DNA from: Trichinella spiralis
Lineage: Eukaryota
Direction of reading: 5' to 3'
DNA length: 64,000 nucleotides
NCBI RefSeq assembly: GCF_000181795.1
Contig: NW_003526943.1
Coordinates: forward strand, 8,597,472 to 8,661,471
The notes beneath the pieces were generated by a model. It saw only the letters and a program-made list of their open reading frames with translations, was not told the DNA's origin and did no database searches. A program made the translations under genes and the position numbers. Positions 12,801 to 25,499 of this stretch are shown here, in pieces; positions within the stretch are counted from its first letter, which is position 1; each line of letters begins with the position of its first letter.

Positions 12801-14294
12801 ACTTTATATCAAAAAAAGAAATAAAATGCAGTTTTATTTTGAAACGACGCTATTTGAAAAGTACTGAATAAATTTACAATAGCATCTATTGTAGAGAGAG
12901 AAATGAAAATTTGAATAATCAATTAATACTTTCAACTGAAGTGTTTACCATAAAATCGAGCACCTATTATTTGAGTTTGCTTATTTTTTTTCTTAATTTC
13001 AAGTATTTCCTGTAAATCATGTGAAATTTTACAATTCCTTCACTGTTTTATGCTCAGCAGATTTGCATTACTGAAATCATTGAAAGCATATTTTTTTTCC
13101 TTCAGTTTAATCGCCCATTTTTATGTTCACTTTTTTTCACGACATATTCTACTTTCCCTTAAGTAGACTTACTTTTAGATCATTTATTTTTATTTAATGT
13201 TTATTGTTGAAAACAAATTGTCAAACTTTTATGGTAATTTGTCATAAATTAGGTACTATAATGGAGTAAGCATTTTTTGATGAACACAATTGAAAAGTTA
13301 TGCATAGCATTTCCTGTGCCTGGATATATTTATTTATTTATTTATTTATTTTAAATAAAGATAAATTTATCACTTAGGACTTTCTGAATGCAAAAATAAT
13401 AAAAACATAATATTGTTTTCTGATCACAAAAAATAAAAGAAGATATATCTAACAAAGTGAATTCGGAAATTATTAAACATAGCCATCAATGACTGTGATT
13501 TCAGAAATTCAAAAAGTTGCTACATTTTTTATAAAAGAACTGCAAATACTGCAGCTGAAATACTTTTTTATTCCTCAATTCCAGTTAGGACCGACCCATT
13601 GCTCAGTAAAGTTTTAAAATGCATAAAGTAGAAAACCTGTTCATTGGTATAATATGCGGATTGCATAAAATGCTTAATGTTACCAAATATTTACCAGGTG
13701 ATTAATGTCAGCAAAACGAGGGCATCATTTTCAACAGTTTTTCATATTGATGGTTGATTTACGTGCTTATGTTATAATTTCAAAATTATACACATTTCGT
13801 TATTAACAAGTGTTAAATATGATTTTGAAAAATTATAAAAGAACCTTGCACATATAGTGATTATGTATAAAAACAGTTCTTACTTGGATATCGTTGATTA
13901 TGTATTTGTTGAGATGAAGAAGGGCATCAGTGATATCCGGCCGTAATACACTTCCATCATCCGTAGCTGTCACGATTATTTGGCACTGGCGTAAATTTTC
14001 CACTTCTCTTCCAGGTATATAATAACCATCTTTAACAGGCCAAGTTTGTTGAAATACGGCTTTTTCATAAGCGGATCTGGCTTTCATCGGCGTGTACAGG
14101 TAAAATGCATCAGTGATTGGCCATCGTAAAAGAATTCCAACTGAGAAAAGCACAGTGGTCACGATGGGTACAATGATGAAAAGCCACGGTTGCTTGCAGA
14201 CCACCTTTGCGTAAGAGCAAAATGTGCGGCTCATTGCATTGTGGATGAGGTCGAAGTGCAGCAAACGCTGCGAGCCAAGTGCCGGACAAAGCAT
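6808..14294 (-). CDS. Patched-related (PTR) sterol-sensing-domain membrane protein, DAF-6/PTR-10-like
   Basis: Exons ~14294-13884, 9484-8806, 8749-8414 and 8330-6808, with consistent GT-AG phases. Motifs EAAVSITITVLTDVISFAVG, EGLEPVNLLVENSYA, IGYMTLWGLSIDCITMITLIMSIGFSVDFSAHIAY and HGIFFLPV. Intron 1 is 4.4 kb. Start could also be 14234. Confidence 0.92.
8203..8244 (-). repeat. Coding (AAC)8(AAT)5AAC microsatellite encoding Asn14
   Basis: In-frame poly-N in the PTR loop after the sterol-sensing domain. Confidence 0.9.
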
Positions 14295-14721
14295 ACTGCT
14301 TGTCGGCTAATTTTAAGCAATACTTATTTACTTATATTTATTTATTTGTTTACTGCTTTTCTAAAATTTTTTACAGCAAACAGTTAGCTGCGATAAGTAT
14401 GCCTTCCGACCGCTCGGCTGTTCGTAGGAAAAGTGCAAAGTTGTAAATTTGAACCTGCTTCAATATCTTATGGTAGACCAGAAACTTTTAGGTCAAGCAA
14501 AGAACGATGGACAGCTTGCGCCATCTTCACTGAACAGGATTCTTCGCACTCTAACCTTGGATGGTGATGAGAAGTTTAAACTGGTCAACGCCTTAAGCGT
14601 GACGGGCTCTGTGGCTGGGCTTGAATAGACGGCGCCCTGGGCGCGATTGGTTGTTTACGCTCTGCTGAGCAACTTCAACGTATACTCTTTTACAACCCTC
14701 CTACACATTATTTCAACACTG

Positions 14722-14737
14722 CACACCAGATGGCGCT
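14722..14737 (+). promoter_or_regulatory. CTCF-like binding site in the GC-richer upstream region of the PTR gene
   Basis: CACACCAGATGGCGCT closely matches the CTCF core CCASYAGRKGGCRS. A CCAAT box lies on the minus strand near 14646-14650. Confidence 0.5.
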
Positions 14738-17700
14738 TGACTCTATATATATCATTTGGATGCACATTTATCAGCTTTAACTGAAAGAATGCCGATCAGA
14801 AGATATAAAAATTTATATTAAAATGCAAAACAGAAAAAATATTAATTTATTAATTATACTTCAATTAATCAATCGATTTTGTGCCTTTAGCAATTTTTAT
14901 TCTCGAGTCTGTTGCTGCCCATCCATTTGAACAAACTGTCACATATTCCATTCCCATCACATCCTTGTTGACAACGAACATTGTACTATATTTTTATTCT
15001 CATAATCCACTTTAAATACTTCCCCTATTTAAAATAAACTTCAAATCTGGTCTTTTTATAATTTTCATATTATAATATTATTTTTAATACTGATTTTGTA
15101 TTTGATTTTTTTCTTCTTGATGTTCAATTTTTAAACATAGCATTCAGATTATTCACATATATTTTAAATATTATTAGAAAAATTACTGCTGTAATTTTAT
15201 TTTTTGTAAAAAATTATTAAATTCAGAAATAAAAAGCATAATACAAAATAGGAAATAATTTTTTATTTTCATAACTTTTTCAAAAGAAGCATAAATCCGT
15301 AAATTCAAAGCATATTCCCTGTTTCCACAAAGATTTACAAATAAAGAAATTTGTAATAGTTATCTATTATAAAAAATATCTTATCAATATTTCTGGTATC
15401 ATTCGTTATATTTCATACTAATATTTCATATCGATAATTTTGAATAGTAATGCACTTTACAAACAATATAAATAAAAAGTGCAATCAAATTGTTGACAGT
15501 TTCATTTTAATCTTGAAGAAAAACTTTTATCAAATTAATTCCTTTTCATTATTATATGTTACATATATAAAACTAATATGACATCTGAATAAACAATGAA
15601 AAATTAACAACACATTTTTCAAGCTTTATTAAAATGACTGAAAATAATCAATAAATAATTGTGCCGCATCTTTGCAAATTAATCTAAATTTTTAGTGCTG
15701 TTATGTTAAAAATGGAGTAATATTATAAATACATGATATGATAATTTTGCTTAAAAAACAAATGCTGGGATTTGCTTTAAAAAAGCGACAAGTTGAACCA
15801 CATTTTGCTAAGCACCACTGCTCTCAACGTAAAATATTTTTAATTCTAACGTCTTATTACTTTGATAATTACAAATTTTATCTTTTCTTTTTTTAAATTA
15901 CTTTAATTCCATTTGCCATAATTTCACTCAAATCTGGATCTTTGCTCTGAATAAAAAGCTAAGCGTCATAAGAAACACAAGTCCTTGCATGCACTATAAA
16001 TTTATAATATTTCTATTTACAATTAAATATTCCAATGCTACAGATATTCAAAGCAGTATTACACTTGTAAGATAGCGTTTTTGATTTCTAAAAGCAATTA
16101 TTAAATAGACGGGATTTACGGCTTTACGACTTAAAGAAAAGGCCAGTTTTGCTTATAAATCTCTGATGCAGTTGTAATAGCTTCAATAGTCTTGTCTAAC
16201 ATAAATAAATTTCATAAATTAGAAGAAAAAGATACATCTTTATAAGTAATATAGCTTGTTTTCATAAATAGTAAATAGCTTACTTAAATAAACAATATTG
16301 TTTATAATAAAACTTTTTAATCATATATTTTCATATTTGCAAAATATTTCTATGATAATTTTCTTTAAACTTTGTTTAGTGAAGGGGGAAAACTTACAAC
16401 AGACGAAAAGAAAACCCACGAAATTGACTAAATCAAGCATTAAATGTATGATAGAAACTAATTCAGATGAATAAAATTTTAATGTGGAAGCACGGGTAAA
16501 TATGATGAGCAAAATATTAATATAATATATGAAGGAAATTTTGTCTTGTTTGGAAAGTAATTCGCCTTTTGATATTGCAAACTGTTTTAATTGCTCTAAC
16601 ATTTGATACGATTATTATAAACCACTATTCTTTGTCATGATTTTAATAAAATCACTTGTGAAATCAATAACAGCTGCTCCTACGCAGCCATCAATTTCAA
16701 GGACACCAACATGGAAGCAAAAATTGACCAAACCTCTCGAAAATGTACAATAATAACCAAGAATACAAAGGCTATTATGATTGCTGGCATTGCTTTTTTG
16801 CATTAATTTCATATTGCTTGCTCCATTTTAACATAACTACTGATAAATAAACAAAAACTGATTTTCATAACTGCTTTTTATATCTGCATAATTTAAAGTA
16901 ATATAATTTATTTTAGCATAATCACAAGAAAAATGTTCACCAAGGCTTTTTGACATTTAAAATTAAGATTTAACAAAACGATTTAATTGACATCAATCCT
17001 CAATTTGATTTCATCGTGAAGTTTTGGAATATAGCGCGCTGTGCTTATGTGTTCTTCAATTTTTAAAACAATTTTCAATTATTAATCAATTAAAACAAAA
17101 AATTTGTTTCAGCAACTACTTGTATACTATTGAAAGTAAAATATATTTGAAAAAGTTTTTAAAAGTTATTTATTAAAGCTTTACTTGAAGTTTATAATTT
17201 ATTTTCAAAGAAATTTGACTGCACTGAAAGCGTTTTAAAAGAAAATAGGTTAATCTGTCATTTGAATTTTCATTTTTTACATCACCATTATTACTCTGTT
17301 CAGATTTTAAACAGTATATGGCTAAAATTATGAAGCCATTATTTATTGAAATGATTTAGTCTTTGAAAGTATTGAATATAGTGTGTATTTCAAAATATTT
17401 TGTGCATTCACAATTCAAAACATGAACTGCATATGATCTTTGTTTGTCAGAGCAATAATCCTGTGAAGAATTCTAATTTTAATGATATAATTAAAAATAG
17501 CTTTCTTTAATTATTTTTTAAAATAATTTTTAAGTGAAAAGTAGCTTTTGGATTCATTATATTGTAAAATTAGTATAGCTTTCTATGTATATTAATAATT
17601 TTGAAAAGCACAATACATTTATAATTGTACATAATTTTCAGTTCTGTAGAAATGGTACTGTATGCTGCAAAGCATTGGCAAAGTACGTAGGTAGTTTTTT

Positions 17701-18020
17701 AGCTTTTTTTAAATTAAAAGCATATATATTTTTTTAAACTGTTTAATGTGATTACTAATTTTACTTATTTTATATAAATTAAATTTTGTTGAACTAATTT
17801 GTGTTGTATTGTAATATTTTTAAATGATCATTATTTTTAGTGTTTATAAACTATAACATTGCAAAATTGCGTATATGTGACAGTGTTTAGTTGCACGTAA
17901 TGTTAATTGCTGCTTGTTTTTCAAGTATTTCCAATCTTTGCAGAAAAGTAACGCAATAGTAGTGTGGAAAATTAGAACTGTATGAAGTTGTAATTCAGTT
18001 TGATCGTTTTCTTTTGGAAT

Positions 18021-19670
18021 ATGTCGTCCGACGACGTTCAACGAAATCAATTGGAAGATTCTACCAAAATTCACATACACAATCTTCCTCGATACATGGC
18101 CATAAATGACATGAAAAAAATACTGAAACGGCACGGATTTAGAGCGAAAAAAATTGCACTGATGAAAGAGCACGCTTATGTGACATTTTCAGATCCGGAG
18201 CAAGCGAATCAAGCAGCGGAAAAGTTGGATCAAATGACGTTCAAACAATGCGTTCTCAGGGTTTGGTTGAAATGCTAATTTTTTTTGTTTGCTTTTGCAT
18301 TCATACAAAATCGAAAAGTGCAATTTTTCAAGGTTAGAAAAACTGCAGCTGATGATGAATCACAGTCTACAAAAAAGAAGCCAACGAAAAGTGAAGAAAG
18401 AACCGAATTGGTTAATATTGTGGACGTGGTTACTCCTTGGCATGCTGTTCCATATGAAGAGCAGTTGAAAAACAAACAAAACGCGTGTTACGAATGGGCG
18501 AAAAAATGTTCTATAAAAATATACAAAGAGTGCGGTTTGCCGTTTCAAGGCAAGCTCCATTACGGCGAGTTGGAAAATATACGAGCGTCGCCAGTGCAGA
18601 ATTATTACAGAAATAAGTGCGAATTTACGATCGGCTACAACGGCACCGCACCGGAAGTTGGCTTCCGATTGTCCAGACATCGTGACGGGTGTACTGTTCA
18701 ACCGGTGGATGGTTGTGTTCACATTCCGACAACTATGAAACTTCTGGTGAGAGATTTTAAAAATTCGATTTTAAGCTGCTCCCCCAGACCTCCGTACAAC
18801 GCTGAAACGAGAACAGGCTTTTGGCGTCTTCTTACAATAAAAAGCTTCCAGATGGATTTGATGCTCACCGTTACGGTGAATCCGGTCGACGTGGACGAAG
18901 CAGAAATCAACAGTATCAAAGGAGAAATTGTGAAACGCTTTCTTTACCAAGATATGGATAATTATCGCGTATCGTCGGTCTATTTCCAACGGTTGATCAA
19001 TGCCGGCGACAAAGTGGAATACGAATTATTGGGCGGCTGTCCACATGTTTACGAGACCATCGACAATATGCATTTTCGTATTTCACCTTATTCATTTTTT
19101 CAAGTCAACACCGCCGGCTGCGAAGTGCTCTACAAAACTCTGTTTGAATTGTGCGCTTCGGTCCAAGTCGACCACAGCTTGCTGTTGGATATTTGCTGTG
19201 GTACAGGGACGATCGGTATCTATTTGGCCAGGCTTTTTGAAAAAGTGATCGGCATCGAGTCGGTCGAACCGGCAGTGAAGGATGCGTGTCACAATATGAT
19301 CGTCAACGAGCAGTTCAATTGTGACTTTCAAGCTGGCAAAGTCGAAGAACTGCTGCCGAAATTGTTGAAAGAATCCAACGTGGAAAAGTGGAAAACTTGC
19401 GTGGCGGTTTTGGATCCGCCACGAGGGGGCGTTTCGGGTCGAGTGATCGCCGCCTTGCGGTGCCACGAACCAATCCACCACCTCTTCTACGTCTCGTGCG
19501 ACGTGCAGGCGGCCGAGAAGAATTTCGTCGACTTGTGCAAACGTGCCTCGAAACGGTATCCCGGACCGCCGTTTCGTCTGCTAAGAATGATACCGGTGGA
19601 CATGTTCCCCCACACGAAACTCTTCGAACTCGTCTTGCACTTTCAACGATCTCGGCCAGACCAAATGTAA
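18021..19670 (+). CDS. TRMT2A: tRNA (uracil-54-C5)-methyltransferase homolog A
   Basis: Exon 1 (18021-18260) encodes an RRM (KIHIHNLPRY..HAYVTF). Exon 2 (18333-19670) has YRNKCEFTIG, FRISPYSFFQVN, LDICCGTGTIG, VLDPPRGG, YVSC (catalytic Cys) and VDMFPHT..E. Confidence 0.95.
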
Positions 19671-19732
19671 CTTTTTTTATTCACTTCAAAAAAGACATTT
19701 TTCTCTTCTTCTCATTCATTATTATTCAAATT

Positions 19733-19907
19733 TCATTTTTTCTTCTTTTTTAATCTTTTGCGGAAATTTTTCGTCGGATCTTCCGTATCCCCCTCGTCGT
19801 CGTCGTCGTCATTTTGCGCTTCTCGATTTCGCTTTTTATTCGTTCTCTTCTTATCTTCAAGCTCTTTCACTTGCTACATGAAAAAAAAACGATTTTACAT
19901 TCAGAAG

Positions 19908-19942
<35 letters not shown>

Positions 19943-21974
19943 AATTCGATGCAAAAATCTTGTACCATTTTGGCAATACGATTCGCTTCAGTTACTCTTT
20001 CCAACAACGACAAAACCTCCGGTTCTTCCGTTTTGAACAACGGTAACTGCTTGCCCAAGAGGTATTCAATTCTTTGGTACAATTCCACGTCATACCTAAT
20101 TTTGTTAATCAGTTTTATAGGGGAAAATTCAATTTCAAAAAAGAAGAAAAACATACTGAGTTACAAATGTTATAGATATGCCTGCTCTGCCAGCACGGGC
20201 TGTTCTGCCGACTCGATGGATATAATCTTTGGAGTGAGTCGGAATGTCGAAATTAATTACCAAATCGACATGAGGAATATCCAATCCTCTGAAATTAAAC
20301 TGAACAAGTAAAACACACATAATAACAACAAATCAATTTTCACCTGCTGGCAACATCGGTAGCAATCAGAATAGATCTGTCTTTTGCTTTAAACTTATTC
20401 AAAGCGCCTAATCGTTTCGCCTATAAGGCAATTGCAAAATTAACAAAAAGTAAAAATTATTATGGAAATTTAATGAAGAAAAAAATATATATATAAATTT
20501 GTTTGCAAGCATAAATTGAAATTCACCTGACTCATCTGTCCATGCAAAGGTACAGCCGTGAAGCCCAGGTTTCGTAGAAGTAATGCGGTTCGCAACGAAT
20601 TTGCGCACGTTGATGTGAAAACAATGCAACTTTTTCCGGCCATTTCATTCAGTATATAAACCAAATAACAATCCTGAAATTTGTCACTTGTGTAAAAATT
20701 ATTCAAATCCATCTCACTGACTTTGAACTTCTGCGGGATGAAAATGTAATGCTGTTGAAGTTTGTCCACTGTCTGATATTTTGAAGACACTTCCACTTTG
20801 ACGGGATCTTGCAAAGAAGCACGTTGCAATTTTGTAACCTTTTTCGTCATTGTAGCCGAGAATAGATACGTTTTACGCTCTCGGGGGATCACTTGTAAAA
20901 TTTTGTTCACTTCACTTTCAAAATCCATGTCCAAAATACGATCCGCCTCGTCCATTACCTTGATTGATTGAAAATATTATTCAACAAAGCGACCGTTCAA
21001 TACATTAATGGCATACCAGATATTTCAATGAACGCAGACTGAAACCTTTCGTATTTTCTAAATGATCAACAAGCCGCCCTGGAGTAGCTGAAATAATATC
21101 ATTATTCGACTCGTACATTAATCAAATGCAAGGAATTTCTTTTACCAACAATAACATGCGGTTTTTTGGCTAAACACAGCGCTTGCGTTACCATATCTAC
21201 ACCGCCAACTATTACGGCTGAAAAATTATATGACAAAGATTATTTCTTTACTTTTTAAAAAATATATGCGCGTCTGCACTGCTATTTACCAACTTTGATG
21301 CCGATGCAAGCTCCAAGTGCTTCAAATTGTTCGGCAATCTGATAAGCCAATTCTCGAGTAGGAGTTAGAACAAGAGCGAACAAGCGTTGAGGATGTTCAA
21401 GCAATGCTTGTAAAATAGGCAACGCAAACGCTGCCGTTTTACCAGAACCAGTTTCAGCAAGCCCAATTACGTCTCGACCTGAAATATCCCTCATTCTGCT
21501 TCGGTCCTTTTCTCAGTTGAACTTTCAGTAGAGAATTTTTACCTTGCAATGCCAATGGAATTGCTTCAATTTGCACTTTAGTCGGATCTGTCCAGTTCAA
21601 CTGCTTGCAGGCTTCGCATAGAACAGGAACAACTCCCTTAGTACAGCATGCAATTAAAATTGTAAATAATATACATTGTAATAAACACTTTATAATAGAT
21701 GAAACAAAAATCAAATTCTGTTGCAAAAATTATACAAAAAAAATTGAAGAAAATTTATCATTTAATTTTGCAATGAAAAACTGCATTTCCATTTTCACAA
21801 ATGATACTCAAAATTAAAAATATTAATATTAACAATAAACAACACTTGGAAACAATGTAATTCACATCAGACAAAAATAAACATAAAAATAAAATACAAA
21901 TTCAAACTTACAAGTTCCTGAAAAGAAAGGGCCTGTTTCTCTGTCTTTAAGTCATCATCTTCTGAATTGGACAT
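19733..21974 (-). CDS. DDX47: DEAD-box RNA helicase DDX47/RRP3
   Basis: Q motif [63 protein letters not shown] and [16 protein letters not shown] at 21974, TGA at 19735-19733. Confidence 0.95.
19911..19934. repeat. (AT)n microsatellite in the last DDX47 intron
   Basis: Directly visible AT run. Confidence 0.85.
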
Positions 21975-23005
21975 CTTCAATCAAATCTGGAACAAATTCA
22001 TATTGCACAAAAATAGTAACAATACAAGAAAACAACGAAAAATTACGACATTCAAAACAGGAACTGCTTCTTCTATGATGTTAAATTTCTTACAAAAATA
22101 AACTTTACAGGTTGTTTAATGTTAAAAATTAATTAAAATTCCAACCCTGAAATTTTTTTAAAAAGTCAAAAAACAACAAAACAAAATAAAAAATGGTAAT
22201 ACCGTTAACTAGTACAATAAAGATAATAAAGTACAAGTTCACTTTGAGTTTTTAACATAACATAAAGTAAAATATGTAAAAAATGAATAAAATACTAGAG
22301 CTATAAACACGTTATAAATATAAATATTGAAAAATATAAAGAATAAAATAATTTAATTTATTTAATTTTATTATTTTATTAACAATTAAAAAGTAGCTAG
22401 CTTAATGTAAATTTTAAAAGTCTTTAAGTTTGATAAATAAATTTATTCATTAATTTTTTAATTTGATTTATTATATTTTATTTTAAATTACATAGACAAT
22501 TGATGCTGCTTACAGTATGCATGAATTATTCCTAACTATCATTCATGCTATACTTTATCTAAATATGGTTTGCAAAATTGCCTAAATCTGCGTGGGTGAG
22601 CTGTGTGTATTTTTTCTTTTTTTTGTAGCCTATATTGTAAAGTAGTTAATTCTAAAGCAAACTTGAACTGCAATATAAACGCCTGGTTTTTTTGTTTTTA
22701 TCCGTTTTGAACAGTATTTTATTACTCCGATTTTGATATTATTGTTGAATTTACAGTTAAATATTAAATGATAAGAAGAGAAAAGTATACCAATATTTTG
22801 TTTTACTTATTATTAAACATATTTTTATTAAATCAGTAGAATGGTATTAAAGCTAAACCAAATTTCGTGAAATTGGAGTGCAAAAAAATGTCAATACAGA
22901 AATTTATATTGAGTTTTAAAGTGCATTTACTGGAAAGTTCTTGATTAATATAAGCGTCTGCTATGCTAATTCTAATAATTGAATTTCAGTTCCGTGAAGT
23001 AAACA

Positions 23006-25499
23006 ATGAAAGAAAAGCAAGAATATATCATTTTGACTCCGACTAGTAAACCTGGCAATAGGCAACTTGTTGAATTGGAAAGAAAATTACTTTCTGATCC
23101 TAAAGAAGTTGAAAATATTGATTACATAGGTGCTGGAATTCATGAAGGCATTATTGTCTGCAATTATAGTAATAATCGTAAGTTTTTTTAAATAAAATAT
23201 TGACAATATACAAATATACTAAACTGAAAAATAGAAGATCTTACAGAAGGTACGTATGAACTACCCGAATATACCACTGATTTTCAACTGATGCTTTTTG
23301 ACAAAGTGAACATGGTTGGCAAAGAAGTATGGTTGATTTTTTTATGATTCAAAATGAATAAATCATTTGAAATTTAATGTTTTTTAGGAAATACGTCGCA
23401 TGCATTTTTACTTTGCATCTGACATGGAAGAAGCAGAATATTCTGGTTACGTTCGAAGTTTTATTGAATTATTGCTAGTCGAATTTCCGAAAGGTGGATA
23501 ATTTTGTTTTTATTATTATTTTTATACTATGAAATTGTATATTTTGCAGATTATGCTCACTATTTTAAAAGAATGATAAAATTGATGCAAAAAAGATTTA
23601 CAAAACTTCGCAAGATCTTAGTTGATATTGCAACTACACGATTGATAACTGATCAGTCTTCTGAATCCGATCAGCATATTAGTAAGTTATTTGTAGAATA
23701 TTATATATTTAAACTTTGAACAGTGATATGTATAGAATGTGATTGAATTTTTTAGATTCAGTTGAAGAATCTGTTAGTATAGATACTGTGAAAGAAGCGT
23801 TGGAACATGCTTTTCCAAATAGTTTAAAAGAAGATGACATTGCCGAGTAAATATCTGTACATTTTAAAAGAACTCGAATAATGAAGATTTTTTAATGACT
23901 TTTAGTTTATTTAATTGTTCAGTGGAAGTTGTTCGACAGTATCTTACAGAATTAATGTCTCGCGGTTTAATTGCGCAACTCGAAAACTGTCAGTGGATTC
24001 GAGTAAATCGTTTAGCAGAATTTCGTAAGTATTATCATCTTGTTGTCAATATATTTATAAGAGTTATTAAGAAAAAAGTATTATTGTAATTTAGAAAGTA
24101 AATTGCGTAATTTGAATTCCGTGGTAAAGTACATTTATGAAAGAGGGAAATTTTTATTAATTGAAATGTGTGCTGATATTTTGTTGAAATTCGTATGAAT
24201 TTTAAATATTTTATGATTGTTAAAGTTGGATATTCAAATTTAAGAAAATGCCATGGTTAAACAAATGCCAAAAGTTGGTCACAGCGATACACCTACAGTC
24301 GCAATAGTGACTTATTTGTATGTGGAAAAGATAGCTGTGGACGCGATGATAGAAAATAGAAAAACATATGTTCGATATAAAACAGATGGTGGAAAAATTA
24401 TTATTTTTAATTTTAAAAATTTTAATTTTTTGCAAAATCTCACGTAGGCGAATCGAATGTTTACACATTGGGCAACATTGGTAACCGTCGTGTGGTGTCA
24501 ACGAAACTTTCTGCGGTAGGACAAACTCGTTCAGCAATGATTTCTTCAGGCAGTATTACAACACGACTTTTGGGTAAAATTGTTGTTGATTTTATTAAAA
24601 TTAATAAATAATTTTTTCTCCATTTGTAGGTGGTTTTCCAGAAATTGAGCACGTTTTTATTGTTGGCGTTGGTGGACGCGTAACTGGCTATTCCGAGAAG
24701 GGAAAGATGGCCAACTTGGGGGACGTTGTGGTTGCATCTTCTACGAATGATGAATCTCCATTTTCATATATTGTCTGTCATTCGTTGCAAAGAAATCGTG
24801 AATCCAATGCGGTAACTAGAGAGTTTGTTAATGAAAGCATTTGTTATTCAATTTATAATATATACATATACGTATGTATGTATGTATGTATACAGTATAT
24901 AGTAAATTTCTATTGAACCGTAGTAGATATTCATGATGACTTTTTTTAAGGTTGAATGTTACGGAGTGAAAACCTGGCAACAACATGACAATATCATCAG
25001 CAAAATTACCACTCAGATAAAGTGGGTTTTTAAAAATAGTATTGTAGAATTATGATTTCTTTTTTTGTTATTTCTCTTCAGAAATGCTTGTACAGAGAAC
25101 TCTGTACCTTGGGATAAGTTTTTCAAAGAGGGTTTGGATTATTTGGAAAGTAATGAAAACGAAGGTTACAAATTTGAACGTCCAACAGCCCAGAATGAAT
25201 ACTGTAACAGTGGCGGCGAAAGTGTACCGCAAATTTACATGGGTCCAGTGGCAGCTAGTCGTGTTCTGTTCAAGCATGAAGTGTTGAAGGATGATTTTGC
25301 GGAACGTTTCGGCTTGGTGGCTTTTGATGCTGGATTTGATTCAGTGGTCGAGTCGATTTTCGGAAATCGAATCAGCAGTTGGACATTGATCCGTGGTATA
25401 GCGGACGATAGCGACGGAACCAAAGGCAAAGACTGGCAACCGCATGCTGCGCTGCAAGCTGCTGCACTGATGAAAGCGATCATTACCAAGCTTCCGTGA
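23006..25499 (+). CDS. Uncharacterised protein with probable winged-helix region and C-terminal nucleoside phosphorylase (PNP/UDP, MTA/SAH nucleosidase-like) fold
   Basis: Multi-exon model. PTVAIVTYLYVEKIAVDAM, NVYTLGNIG..VVSTKL, HVFIVGVGG, LGDVVVAS, YMGPVAAS and IRGIADDSDGTKGKDWQPHAALQAAA are PNP-fold motifs. The wHTH-like segment reads CSVEVVRQYLTELMSRGLI..QWIR. Confidence 0.8.

Noticed and set aside
13569..13740. Intron-like GT-AG pair with an open frame on the minus strand in PTR intron 1
   Set aside because: No start codon or upstream acceptor in frame; likely chance.
16380..16806. Short open frames between PTR and TRMT2A
   Set aside because: No coherent spliced model or recognisable protein.
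17654..17985. Possible N-terminal (mitochondrial) extension exons for TRMT2A
   Set aside because: The splice combinations I tried hit stops before 18021; probably 5' UTR.
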